Source: Nitrospira sp. (GTDB taxonomy: Bacteria > Nitrospirota > Nitrospiria > Nitrospirales > Nitrospiraceae). Taken from it: a stretch of DNA of 64,000 bases. Within the stretch, counting starts at the first letter, position 1. Each line of letters opens with the position of its first letter. Below, one piece after another: positions 46,977 through 55,998 of this stretch. The notes beneath the pieces were generated by a model. The model worked only from the letters and a program-made list of their open reading frames with translations. It was not told where the DNA came from and did no database searches. Position numbers and translations under genes: made by a program. The stretch is from contig SWDO01000020.1 in the NCBI GenBank assembly GCA_005116895.1, positions 23,791 through 87,790 on the forward strand, read 5' to 3'.

Positions 46977-47468
46977 ATGCTCCAGAAATGTCTCGGAATT
47001 CTCATCCTCCTATTCATGTTCTTCTCGGTGGGCCAGTCCCTAGCTGCTCCTACTCAACGGCAGGATACAACTCGCCGATTATATGATCGCGTCATGGATG
47101 AATTTAAGCACCGCGACTACAAAGCAGCCATGGCAGGTTTCCAACTCTTCATCGAACTGCATAGCGAATCCGCCTTAGCCGCCAATGCGCAATATTGGAT
47201 CGGAGAATGTCAATATCGGATGGGACGATATCGAGATGCGCTCAAGTCGTTCAATGAGGTCGTGTCAAATTACCCACTCAGCCCTAAGCTGGCAGCTTCC
47301 ACGCTGAAGCTCGGCCAGACGTATACCAAATTACGGGATCATGAGACGGCACGACTGATGTTTGACCGGGTGGTGGGCCAATACCCGGATAGCGCTGAAG
47401 CAGAACTCGCTCGCAAGGCCATTGAGGCTACGGCAACCGCCGAAGACTCGACGAATCAATCACCGTAG
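46977..47468 (+). CDS. Periplasmic TPR protein (CpoB/YbgF-like)
   Basis: Signal peptide; LAANAQYWIGEC, YPLSPK, LKLG, YPDSAEA; SD GGAGG. Confidence 0.85.
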   Translation: MLQKCLGILILLFMFFSVGQSLAAPTQRQDTTRRLYDRVMDEFKHRDYKAAMAGFQLFIELHSESALAANAQYWIGECQYRMGRYRDALKSFNEVVSNYPLSPKLAASTLKLGQTYTKLRDHETARLMFDRVVGQYPDSAEAELARKAIEATATAEDSTNQSP

Positions 47469-47497
47469 GCATCCTCGTGTTCGATTGATGCAACTCG

Positions 47498-48004
47498 TCA
47501 CTCCTCTGCAGTGATCCCCAATCGAGTAGTCAGATCAGGCAGCGTGTGGTTTTTCTTTGGCTGCAACGTTGTCAGCCTGATCCCCGCTGCGTTCAGCACC
47601 GACTCGATGACCTGCTGGCGTTCGGCCTGATGCAGTGGTGAAGATTCACGCTCGATCTGGACGACATGTTCGACGCGACATGACCCAGGATGGACCAAGA
47701 CAAAATCGACTCGCTTCAGTGCAATCTCTCGGAGAAGATCGGAACGCACACTTGCCTCCGCTTCGACCTCGACGAAGGACCAGAGCGGCACCTGACTAAA
47801 GACAAGGTAGCGCTCTTGGACAGCCATTTGCAGAAGGCTATACAACGCGATTTCTTCTTCTTCGAGTAATCGGGTAGGCCCGATGGTAACGCCGGAAGGA
47901 ATGGCAAATGGCGTTGTCCGCTTCTTCCTCCGTCGTGTCTTCCTCAGATAACGCCAAAGCATGATGATCCCCATAATGACGGTACCGACCAGAAGAAGTC
48001 TCAT
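47498..48004 (-). CDS. DUF2726 family protein
   Basis: N-terminal TM helix, LLEEEE..LY, FSQVPL, KRVDFVL, LNAAGIRL. Confidence 0.8.
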   Translation of the reverse strand: MRLLLVGTVIMGIIMLWRYLRKTRRRKKRTTPFAIPSGVTIGPTRLLEEEEIALYSLLQMAVQERYLVFSQVPLWSFVEVEAEASVRSDLLREIALKRVDFVLVHPGSCRVEHVVQIERESSPLHQAERQQVIESVLNAAGIRLTTLQPKKNHTLPDLTTRLGITAEE

Positions 48005-49200
48005 TTCTTTTTGCTTCCGCCTTTGCGTGATCGTACCCGCTCATACCACTGTGGGCCGCTTGGGACGATGCAACCTAATATCCTTGGAGATGCCGCCCCC
48101 GTAACCGAGGGGACGTTTCCGCACTGTTCCATAATGGTCTGATACGCGAGGACGGCAAACGCCACCGATTCCAGCGCTTTACTGTCCCAGCCATGAGCCT
48201 CAAAGGATGTGACCGGCACTGGAGCAAAGATATCCGTTAAATGTCCCATGATCGCCCGGTTCCGGACACCGCCCCCTCCGACAATCACGTCATCGATTCC
48301 CCCCTTGATCCACCGTCTGGCCGTCCCGACCGCTTCAGCAGTCCACCGGCTACAGGTGGCCAGAAGATCTTCATCCGATAACCGACGCGTGCGTTGCCAA
48401 TTGAGTAATTCGTCCAGCATCTTTGTGCCGAACGCTTCGCGACCGGTCGATTTGGGCGGCGCCTGGGATAGATAGGGATGAGCGAGAAGTTTGGCTAGTA
48501 ATCTTGAATCAACCTGACCTTTGACCGCCAATCGCCCCTCACGGTCCATCGAGGCCCGACCATTGGTGATACGAGACATGAGTCCATCAAGCACCATATT
48601 TGCCGGGCCCGTATCAAATGCGGCGAGCTCCGTAGAGCCTGAGCCCTTGGGAAGATAGGTCACGTTGCTGATGCCGCCAAGATTCACGATCAGCCGCGCG
48701 CGGCGCGGATGCCGAAACAGCAGCGCGTGGACCCCCGGGGTCAACGGCGCTCCCTGTCCTCCAGCCGCGATATCGCGTGGCCGAAAATTAGCCACCGTGG
48801 TAATCCCGGTGCGTTCGGCAATGACGGCTGGCTCAGCGATTTGCAGTGTCGACCGTATGGCAGCGACACCGGTATCTTTGATGCCATGCGGCAGGTGATG
48901 CACGGTTTGGCCGTGAGATCCGATGAGATCTACGTCCTCTGGCGACAGTTGAGCCGACCGAATGACTCCTAAGGCGGCGTCGGCGAACCATTCACCTAAG
49001 AGCGCATTCAGGTGGCAAATATCCGTCACCGTTCCTGACACCGATGCAGAGAGAATGCGTTGCTGCAGCGAACGCGGATAGGAAAGTGAATGAAACGCAA
49101 TCATCTCGACTCTGAGACCGGCTTTCTGGCGGACAATGGTGACCAGCGCCGCATCGACTCCGTCGGCTGAAGTTCCTGACATCAATCCGACAACGTTCAT
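48001..49200 (-). CDS. anmK: Anhydro-N-acetylmuramic acid kinase
   Basis: GLMSGTSADGVD, GSHGQT, DIAAGGQGAPL, NLGGISN, FDTGPAN, PKSTGRE. Confidence 0.96.
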   Translation of the reverse strand: MNVVGLMSGTSADGVDAALVTIVRQKAGLRVEMIAFHSLSYPRSLQQRILSASVSGTVTDICHLNALLGEWFADAALGVIRSAQLSPEDVDLIGSHGQTVHHLPHGIKDTGVAAIRSTLQIAEPAVIAERTGITTVANFRPRDIAAGGQGAPLTPGVHALLFRHPRRARLIVNLGGISNVTYLPKGSGSTELAAFDTGPANMVLDGLMSRITNGRASMDREGRLAVKGQVDSRLLAKLLAHPYLSQAPPKSTGREAFGTKMLDELLNWQRTRRLSDEDLLATCSRWTAEAVGTARRWIKGGIDDVIVGGGGVRNRAIMGHLTDIFAPVPVTSFEAHGWDSKALESVAFAVLAYQTIMEQCGNVPSVTGAASPRILGCIVPSGPQWYERVRSRKGGSKKK

Positions 49201-49328
49201 GTCCGGTATCCTTTCACAATCGCCTAAATGCGGAGGGCTCACGAGAGTGCTACGCTAATCGAACTTTCGTGTACGGTCAAGGAGGCGAATGGACAGGGCC
49301 TATGAGCGGTACCGCCCTCATGGCGTCG

Positions 49329-49747
49329 TGTAGATAGCAAGTTAAGTTGTCCGGTTTTTGTAGCACATGATCTGTCCGGTATTCGTTCTCCCAGAATTTC
49401 AGGGGGACACCGAAATTCTTTCGCGCGCAGTTGCCCGAGGAGCGACGATCGGGCGGTTGCGTGACCGCAGGGTCGAGTCCTTCTGGTGTCTGCCCCCAGC
49501 CGTGGAATCACTCAGTTGGCCCTCCGCATTGTAGCGCGCCAAGCACCGCGGGCCATGAAACACCGCCAAGCTCCCATCCGGATACGCATGGACCCGGACC
49601 GTGGCCTTCACATAATGGAACCGGTGCGCATCCGGTGGAATCTGCAAACTCCGGCCTTGATACCGCACCGTATTGTCGTTGGCGACCACCCGCTTCTCCT
49701 GCACACAGAGTATCTCCGCAAGGTTCGTCCCGATCCATGGGACGAGG
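49329..49747 (-). mobile_element. IS remnant (ISNCY/IS481-like): one terminal end plus the transposase C-terminal fragment
   Basis: End TGTAGATAGCAAGTTAAGTTGTCCGGT with two TAGCA-N7/8-TGTCCGGT units; peptide VPWIGTNLAEILCVQEKRVVANDNTVRYQGRSLQIP...VRVHAYPDGSLAVFHGPRCLARY. Confidence 0.85.
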
Positions 49748-49749
49748 AC

Positions 49750-50284
49750 ACATCACGACGGGAAAGCCGGGAATCCGCATGTCTGGCTGGACCCTGAAAA
49801 TGTCACCATCATGCTGCGCCATATCACCGACGCTCTCATTGAAGTGGACCCAAGTCATACAACGGAATTCCGAACCAATCAAGCGGCCTATCTTCAACGG
49901 CTCGGTCAGGTGCAACAGGAACTCTCCGCGCGTATCCAGCGGCTCTCCGACCGGCGATTCATTGCCCATCATCCAGCGTGGCCCTATTTGGCAAAGCGAT
50001 TCAGCCTCGACATTGTTGGCACGATCCACATGCAGTCCGGCACAGAACCCTCCGCCCTTCATCTGCAAGCGCTCATCCAGAAGATGAGACGGGACCATAT
50101 CAAGGTGATCGTATCCGAGATTCAACTCAGTCAGCGACTTCCGGAGCTACTGGCGAGGGAAACCAAGGCCCACGTCGTCGTCTTGACCACGATGCCAGGC
50201 GGTTTGGAGGGAACGGCGACCTACCTCGACATGCTTCGCTATAATGTGCTCCAATTGGCCCGCGCATTAGAAACGACCTCGTAG
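49750..50284 (+). pseudogene. znuA: 5'-truncated Zn/Mn ABC substrate-binding protein (ZnuA/TroA-like)
   Basis: Begins at HHDGKAGNPHVWLDP, then HHPAWPYLA, EPS, VSEIQ, TYLDMLRYN; the N-terminal half is replaced by IS sequence. Confidence 0.82.
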
Positions 50285-50322
50285 CCTTGCTCAGACGACC
50301 CTCGGAAGGAGCTTCGGATTCC

Positions 50323-51114
50323 GTGTCAGATCCCCGCGAGCCAATCATCCGTTTTGACCATGCCTCCTTTGGGTTTCCCGGGCTCATCGCACTCAAAGAC
50401 ATTTCGTTGGCTATCTACGAGGGCGAGTTCATTGGAATCATCGGCCCAAATGGATCAGGCAAGACGACGTTGTGTCGTGCCGTACTGGGGCTTCTTGCCC
50501 CCGTGGAAGGACATCTTCATATCTTCGATTGCGCCTGTAACGAGCTCCGCTGCCACCATCGTGCCAAAATCGGCTACCTCCCGCAGAAAGGGGTCGTCGA
50601 TCGGAATTTTCCAGTGACGGTCCTCGAAACAGTAATGATGGGTCGTTACGGAGCGCTGGGCCTGTTCAAGCGTCCAGGGAGGAAGGATCGTGACATTGCA
50701 CAGGAAGCCCTGGCTCAGGTGGGAATGGATTCTCACAAGGATCATTCACTTGGGCAGCTATCCGGTGGTCAACAACAGCGCGTCTTTATTGCGAGAGCCC
50801 TGGCACAACAGCCCAAGGTCTTAATATTGGATGAACCGACAACCGGTCTGGATATTACCGCTCAACACAATGTCATCGAGCTCGTGCAACAGCTGCATGA
50901 TGAGCTCAAATTGACCGTTCTTTTAATTACGCACGACATTAATATGATTCGCTCACGAGTCGATCGATTGGTTCTTCTCAAAACCAGACTCTTCGCCGCC
51001 GCTCCTCCCGCAGAAGTCCTCAAGCCGGAGATTCTTCACCAGGTCTATGGTAAAGACCTGGTGATTACAGAGAAAGATCTCGTCATCGTCGAAGATTACC
51101 ACCATCACCACTAG
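50323..51114 (+). CDS. znuC: Zn/Mn ABC transporter ATP-binding protein
   Basis: GPNGSGKTTL, GYLPQK, LSGGQQQRVFIARAL, LDEPT, ITHD. Confidence 0.88.
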   Translation: MSDPREPIIRFDHASFGFPGLIALKDISLAIYEGEFIGIIGPNGSGKTTLCRAVLGLLAPVEGHLHIFDCACNELRCHHRAKIGYLPQKGVVDRNFPVTVLETVMMGRYGALGLFKRPGRKDRDIAQEALAQVGMDSHKDHSLGQLSGGQQQRVFIARALAQQPKVLILDEPTTGLDITAQHNVIELVQQLHDELKLTVLLITHDINMIRSRVDRLVLLKTRLFAAAPPAEVLKPEILHQVYGKDLVITEKDLVIVEDYHHHH

Positions 51115-51130
51115 GAATGGACTTCAGACA

Positions 51131-51961
51131 ATGCTCGATCTCCTCGCCTACGATTTTATGCAGCGTTCCCTCCTCGCCGCCGCAATGGTGGGTGGGCTCT
51201 GCTCCGTCATCGGCGTGTTCGTCGTATTGCGTGGACTGGCGTTCGTGGGAGCCGGGACATCGCACGCCGCATTTGCAGGCGTGACACTCGGCTACTTGAT
51301 GGGATGGCCTCCCCTGTTGCTGGCCATTGTGTTCGGTCTTGCGACGGTTTGGATTACAGGTTGGGTTGAAGAACGGGGCAGGATGAAGCTGGATGTCTCC
51401 ATCGGCATTCTCTATACCACGACAATGGCACTAGCTATTCTCTTCATTGGGTTGATGAAAAGTTACAATGCCGAAGTGTACGGCTACTTATTTGGCAGCG
51501 TGCTATCGGTCACGCCTGAGGAACTGAGCGTCATCGGAGCGTTGACTGTCCTCGTCTTGGGCCTCCTCCTCCTGTTTTCAAAGGAACTCTATTTTATCGC
51601 GTTCGACCAAGAGATGGCTGAAGCCTCCGGCGTCCCTGCACGCCAAATCTTTTTCCTCCTCCTGACGTTGGTCGCCTTGACAGTGGTGGTCTCACTGAAA
51701 ACCGTCGGAGCCATCTTGGTCTTTGCCATGATCCTGATTCCAGCGTCGACCGCGTACCAACTCACGCATAGCCTTGCAACACTGACGCTGTATTCCGCAA
51801 CGATCGGGATATTCACCTCGATTGCTGGTGTCTTGATTTCCGCGTTTTGGGATGTGCCCTCAGGGCCGGCCATCGTCCTCTTAGCAACCACCATATTTTT
51901 CATCGCAGTTTTCTTCTCACCAAAACGCGAGCGGCGGATACGGCTCTTGCATTCCCACTAA
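51131..51961 (+). CDS. znuB: Zn/Mn ABC transporter permease (ABC-3)
   Basis: FMQRSL, GVFVVLRG, SHAAFAG, YLFGSVL, FDQEMAEASG, PSGPAIVL. Confidence 0.9.
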   Translation: MLDLLAYDFMQRSLLAAAMVGGLCSVIGVFVVLRGLAFVGAGTSHAAFAGVTLGYLMGWPPLLLAIVFGLATVWITGWVEERGRMKLDVSIGILYTTTMALAILFIGLMKSYNAEVYGYLFGSVLSVTPEELSVIGALTVLVLGLLLLFSKELYFIAFDQEMAEASGVPARQIFFLLLTLVALTVVVSLKTVGAILVFAMILIPASTAYQLTHSLATLTLYSATIGIFTSIAGVLISAFWDVPSGPAIVLLATTIFFIAVFFSPKRERRIRLLHSH

Positions 51962-52025
51962 CGTATACTGGGAGCGACTGCGGTCCATCGCGACAGCTAA
52001 GTCTGAAGTAGATTGTGCACCGAAG

Positions 52026-52057
52026 AAAAAGTCCCCCGCCTTTCCAAGCGGGGGACT
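52026..52057 (-). terminator. Rho-independent terminator of the minus-strand beta-barrel gene
   Basis: Stem AGTCCCCCGC/GCGGGGGACT followed by a T run on the minus strand. Confidence 0.8.
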
Positions 52058-52134
52058 GTACATGACGCCTGCGATTAGTTAGGTTGGCAAGGACTATCGC
52101 TTGAGGCAGTGTTCGTTTACGTGGCTTGTTGGAA

Positions 52135-52707
52135 TTAGAACGTATGGCGTACGCCGAAGAGAAGGCCGATGGTGGAGCCATCGCTCGCGGGATGATTTCG
52201 CTTCCATGCTGTTTCCACGTTCAGCATGAGGCCTTTTGGCGCACTCGACACTAAATTGGTCAGGGCATAGTCCATGCCTCCACCAATTCGCCAAGCAAAC
52301 GTATTTTCGACATTATTCGTATTCACATTCACGCCGATGCCAGTCGTAACATACGGCACGAACGGACCAAAATGACCTGGACGATACTCGAGATTAACCG
52401 GAAGTATCGAAATAGTATTGACCGCGCCATTTCCTGCATCAACCCCGTGCCGTTCCCATTCCACCATCATACCGACTCGAAACCACTTGTTGAGCCCGTA
52501 CATGCCTTGGAAATTGACAAGTGGCCCAACGGTCGACACGCCGGAACTTTGAGTCGTGAAACTCGGTCCCACCCGAAACCCGCCGGTGATTTTGCCCTCT
52601 TCAGCCATTCCCTCATGAACCCAAGCCAAATCCGTAGCCTGTGCGGTACCGGTCAACAAGGTGAGGCTGACAACCGCCGTAGCGAAATACTGTCGAACTC
52701 TCTGCAT
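52135..52707 (-). CDS. Outer-membrane beta-barrel protein
   Basis: Signal peptide (AQA), PYVTTGIGVN, FAWRIGGGMDY, C-terminal Phe. Confidence 0.85.
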   Translation of the reverse strand: MQRVRQYFATAVVSLTLLTGTAQATDLAWVHEGMAEEGKITGGFRVGPSFTTQSSGVSTVGPLVNFQGMYGLNKWFRVGMMVEWERHGVDAGNGAVNTISILPVNLEYRPGHFGPFVPYVTTGIGVNVNTNNVENTFAWRIGGGMDYALTNLVSSAPKGLMLNVETAWKRNHPASDGSTIGLLFGVRHTF

Positions 52708-52930
52708 GATTCCCTCCTGTATAGAAAACGATTACTTCACCAGAACTGTAACTGAGGGTCCACTGATGATTCAAGACCAACTCCGGAAAACCCTGTAGAA
52801 AGTGATGGACGTGATGGGTGACGCTCTGCTAATCACGTGATGCCTACATTGCTGTCACCTACAATGCGGAAAGAGTGGCATCACGAGTGACTGGGATACA
52901 TGCCAGGCCGTGATATGAGAGGGGGAGGTT

Positions 52931-53560
52931 ATGCCTAGACAGGTGTTCAGAATACAACTGATTGGGTTACTGTTAGCAATTTGTATCACCGTGTTCCCTC
53001 TTTCACACACCGCCCTGGCGGAAGAGTTCGGTGGGACTGAACCAGGCAAATGGATGCTCGGCTTTCGGTTGGGATTTGCTCCACTGACTCAACAGCTCTC
53101 AGAAAATACCGCAACATCGATCGGACCACTGGTCAATCTTCAAGGGCTGTATAGCCTCAATACGTGGCTCTTGGTCGGAATGATGCTTGAATGGGAGCGA
53201 CATAGCGTGAGCGTTGAACAGCCAGACGTGGATCTCGGACATCAAGATACCGTATCGGTGTTGCCAACCCTGGAAATACGGCCGGTCAGATTAGGCCAGG
53301 TCATCCCGTATGTGAATATGAGCTTTGGTGTGAATGTGAACAGTTTCGGCGAAGACACGGCGATTCGGATCAGTCCCAGCAATACGTTTGCCTGGCGACT
53401 CGGGTGGGGAGCGGATTACAAGTTCAATGACCAGTTCGCACTCAATGGAGAATGGGCCTACAAACGAAACGACGGCCATACGACCGGTACCGGCGGACGG
53501 AATGATGACTGGAATGCGTCTTCGTTTGGTTTTCTCTTCGGTGGGAAAATGTTCTTCTGA
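52931..53560 (+). CDS. Outer-membrane beta-barrel protein (paralog of the divergent gene)
   Basis: Signal peptide (ALA), PYVNMSFGVN, FAWRLGWGADY, C-terminal Phe; SD GGAGG. Confidence 0.85.
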   Translation: MPRQVFRIQLIGLLLAICITVFPLSHTALAEEFGGTEPGKWMLGFRLGFAPLTQQLSENTATSIGPLVNLQGLYSLNTWLLVGMMLEWERHSVSVEQPDVDLGHQDTVSVLPTLEIRPVRLGQVIPYVNMSFGVNVNSFGEDTAIRISPSNTFAWRLGWGADYKFNDQFALNGEWAYKRNDGHTTGTGGRNDDWNASSFGFLFGGKMFF

Positions 53561-53587
53561 TCTTCAGACCTTTGCCCACATCATGAT

Positions 53588-53619
53588 CACCCCTTCTCCT
53601 CCTTATGGTAGGAGGGGTG
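53588..53619. terminator. Hairpin between convergent genes
   Basis: CACCCCTTCT ... AGGAGGGGTG. Confidence 0.5.
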
Positions 53620-53641
53620 GTAACGGATTCGGGTCCATCTT

Positions 53642-54073
53642 CTACTCAAGCCGACCATGTTGACTTCGACTCCACACCAAACCTATCTGTTCTTTTGAGC
53701 TGAAGCCTAGTTTTTCATAAAAACCCGGTCGTCTAGTACACAGCCACACGAGCTCCACCCGCTCAAGTCGTGGATGCTTGAGGATGCGTTGGACGATCTC
53801 AGTCCCCACGCCTCGTCCCTGATACGCCCTGTCGACGATCACATCCCAGATCGTTGCGCGATAGATAAAGTCGGTGAGGACTCGACCGAACCCGATGAGA
53901 CGCTCCCCATCCCACGCACAGAGTGTCAGATCCGTATGGAGAAGCATCTCCTTCGCGTCTTCGAGCGATCGCCCCTTGGCCCACGGAGCTTGCTGGAATA
54001 GCCCAAGAAGCTGAGACGCGTCAGGAGGCTCGTGATGGGAGTAGGTGACAGCGGACTTGAGGGTTGGAGGCAT
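53642..54073 (-). CDS. GNAT family N-acetyltransferase
   Basis: LIGFGRVLTD, IWDVIVDRAYQGRGVG, FYEKLGF. Confidence 0.92.
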   Translation of the reverse strand: MPPTLKSAVTYSHHEPPDASQLLGLFQQAPWAKGRSLEDAKEMLLHTDLTLCAWDGERLIGFGRVLTDFIYRATIWDVIVDRAYQGRGVGTEIVQRILKHPRLERVELVWLCTRRPGFYEKLGFSSKEQIGLVWSRSQHGRLE

Positions 54074-54122
54074 CTTATACTAGAGTATCCCCCGAATGGT
54101 CTTGGAGTGTACGGGGAAACCA

Positions 54123-54302
54123 ATGTCAACGCAAGTCAGAACCTGTCCAAAGTGTTCCCAGCTCATGTGGCTGAAGGCGGATGAGTACGAGATACTCGAC
54201 GATGAAACCGTTCGAGCGAAATGTCCCCACTGTGGGAGCGCTGCTCGCTTCAAACTCGTCACCGCTGGAGCGAATGCGTTGGGGCCCAAGATGGGCCACT
54301 AA
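54123..54302 (+). CDS. Small Zn-ribbon protein, 59 aa
   Basis: CPKC...CPHCG. Confidence 0.75.
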   Translation: MSTQVRTCPKCSQLMWLKADEYEILDDETVRAKCPHCGSAARFKLVTAGANALGPKMGH

Positions 54303-54400
54303 TTGTTTCGCTGATGGTTGGGTCGTGCGCGCTGTATTTGGAGGTGAACCACCCCCCTCTAAAGCTCATGGCGCACCGATCAGGAACCACCAGAACGGTA

Positions 54401-54823
54401 TTACAGGCCTCCTCCTGCGCCATCCAGTTCGGGCTGATTGCCGGGAAGTATCTTGTGTAATGCGGTGCGGTACTCCGTAAGACGCTTGTCATCGATTCGC
54501 CCGATCTCGATTTCGTTATCCCGCTGCATGCGTGCGAGGTGATCCAAAACCGAGAGCAATGGCTGAACGGCCCCAAGAAGGTTTCCGATTTCAAACGCCT
54601 CCAGCGATGACACGAAGGACTCATTCAGCGTCTTGTACGGAGTCCCAGCACTCTGGCTTCGAACACGGGATACGATGGTTTCATAACCCTCAACCGCTTC
54701 GAAGGATGGTTTGATTGCCGAGGGCACGGCGCTCAAGTGGACAATAGGCGGAAGCTTGGCTGCATAGGACTTGATGTGAGACGTTAGCCCTCCCACCGCA
54801 TCGAGAACTTCGGCGGTTAACAC
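54401..54823 (-). CDS. Hypothetical protein
   Basis: SD GGAGG before a GTG that overlaps the upstream stop; helical 140-aa ORF. Confidence 0.7.
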   Translation of the reverse strand: MLTAEVLDAVGGLTSHIKSYAAKLPPIVHLSAVPSAIKPSFEAVEGYETIVSRVRSQSAGTPYKTLNESFVSSLEAFEIGNLLGAVQPLLSVLDHLARMQRDNEIEIGRIDDKRLTEYRTALHKILPGNQPELDGAGGGL

Positions 54824-55821
54824 GCATCCTCCGCAACGCCGAGATCGGCGAGTGGTCCACGCAGTTTCTTCTCCCCAGAGATGCCGAGCTGGTCAAGCGC
54901 AGACATCACCTCCTCCATATCGCTTGGCACCGACCTTGTGAAGTCTTCCACCTTGCCCGTCACCGGATGGGTAAAGCCGAGAGTTCTGGCATGGAGCATC
55001 ACCCGTGGAATCTCCACTCCATCGACCGTACAGACTTTTCGCCCGCCGTACGTGTGATCCCCCAGAATGGGATGTCCCAATGACGTGAGGTGAACCCGAA
55101 GCTGATGCGTTCTCCCTGTTCGCGGGTATAGCAACACATGGGCCGCCACTTTGCCATACCGACGGTCCACCACATACTCGGTCACGGATTCCTTGGGACT
55201 GGTCGTTCTTGATGAATAGGTCTTCCGGTCTTTAACGTCTCGACCAATCGCCAGTTCGATCAATCCTCGACCTTTCTTGGGCACGCCCCAGACCAACGCC
55301 TCATAGACGCGGGTGATGGTATGGAGCTTGAATTGCGCGGCGAGCGCACGATGCGCCGTATCAGTTTTGGCGATCACCATGACGCCGGACGTTTCTTTGT
55401 CCAGTCGATGTACGAGGCCGGGTCGCTCTTTCCCTCCGATGGCAGACATCGTTCCTCCCGACGTTTGGAAATGATGCAGCAGTGCGTTGACCAGCGTTCC
55501 CGTCCAATTCCCAGGGGCAGGATGCACAACAATGCCCGATGGTTTCTCCAATACCAGAAGGGATTCGTCTTCGAACAAGACTTCCAGCGGGATCGCCTCT
55601 CCCTTCATCGAGAGAGGTTCAGGCTTAGGGACATCCATGGTGATCCGATCACCAGGCTTGATCTTGTGGCTCGCTTTCACGGCCTGATCGTTGATGCGAA
55701 TACGCCCCAGCTCGATTAGGCGCTGTAACGCTGACCGCGAAATGTCTCGTTCCCGATTGGCGAGAAAGATATCCAACCGTTTGGGCTGTTCTCCGGACGT
55801 GATGATAAATTCTGTAATCAT
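54817..55821 (-). CDS. rluD: RluA-family 23S rRNA pseudouridine synthase with an S4 domain
   Basis: RLDIFLA..SRS, VVHPAPG, PGLVHRLDKETSG, TGRTHQLRVH, LHARTLGFTHP. Confidence 0.92.
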   Translation of the reverse strand: MITEFIITSGEQPKRLDIFLANRERDISRSALQRLIELGRIRINDQAVKASHKIKPGDRITMDVPKPEPLSMKGEAIPLEVLFEDESLLVLEKPSGIVVHPAPGNWTGTLVNALLHHFQTSGGTMSAIGGKERPGLVHRLDKETSGVMVIAKTDTAHRALAAQFKLHTITRVYEALVWGVPKKGRGLIELAIGRDVKDRKTYSSRTTSPKESVTEYVVDRRYGKVAAHVLLYPRTGRTHQLRVHLTSLGHPILGDHTYGGRKVCTVDGVEIPRVMLHARTLGFTHPVTGKVEDFTRSVPSDMEEVMSALDQLGISGEKKLRGPLADLGVAEDAC

Positions 55822-55998
55822 AAACAGGACACGCTACTAAAGAGCTTCAGCCAAATGCAATCGGAGAATACCGTCGGTTTGCCTCCTCCCTGCGGGAGGA
55901 CTATGGTGGTGGCGCAGGACTGATCCTCCCCTATACGAGGAGACATCGACCATGATAGATAGGCACTTCGTCTCCGCCATAGCGGCAGCCGGACAGTT

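Noticed and set aside
49673-50284. 203-aa ORF as a complete ZnuA
   Set aside because: The first 26 or so codons are the antisense of the transposase fragment, there is no signal peptide, and the N-terminal lobe is missing.
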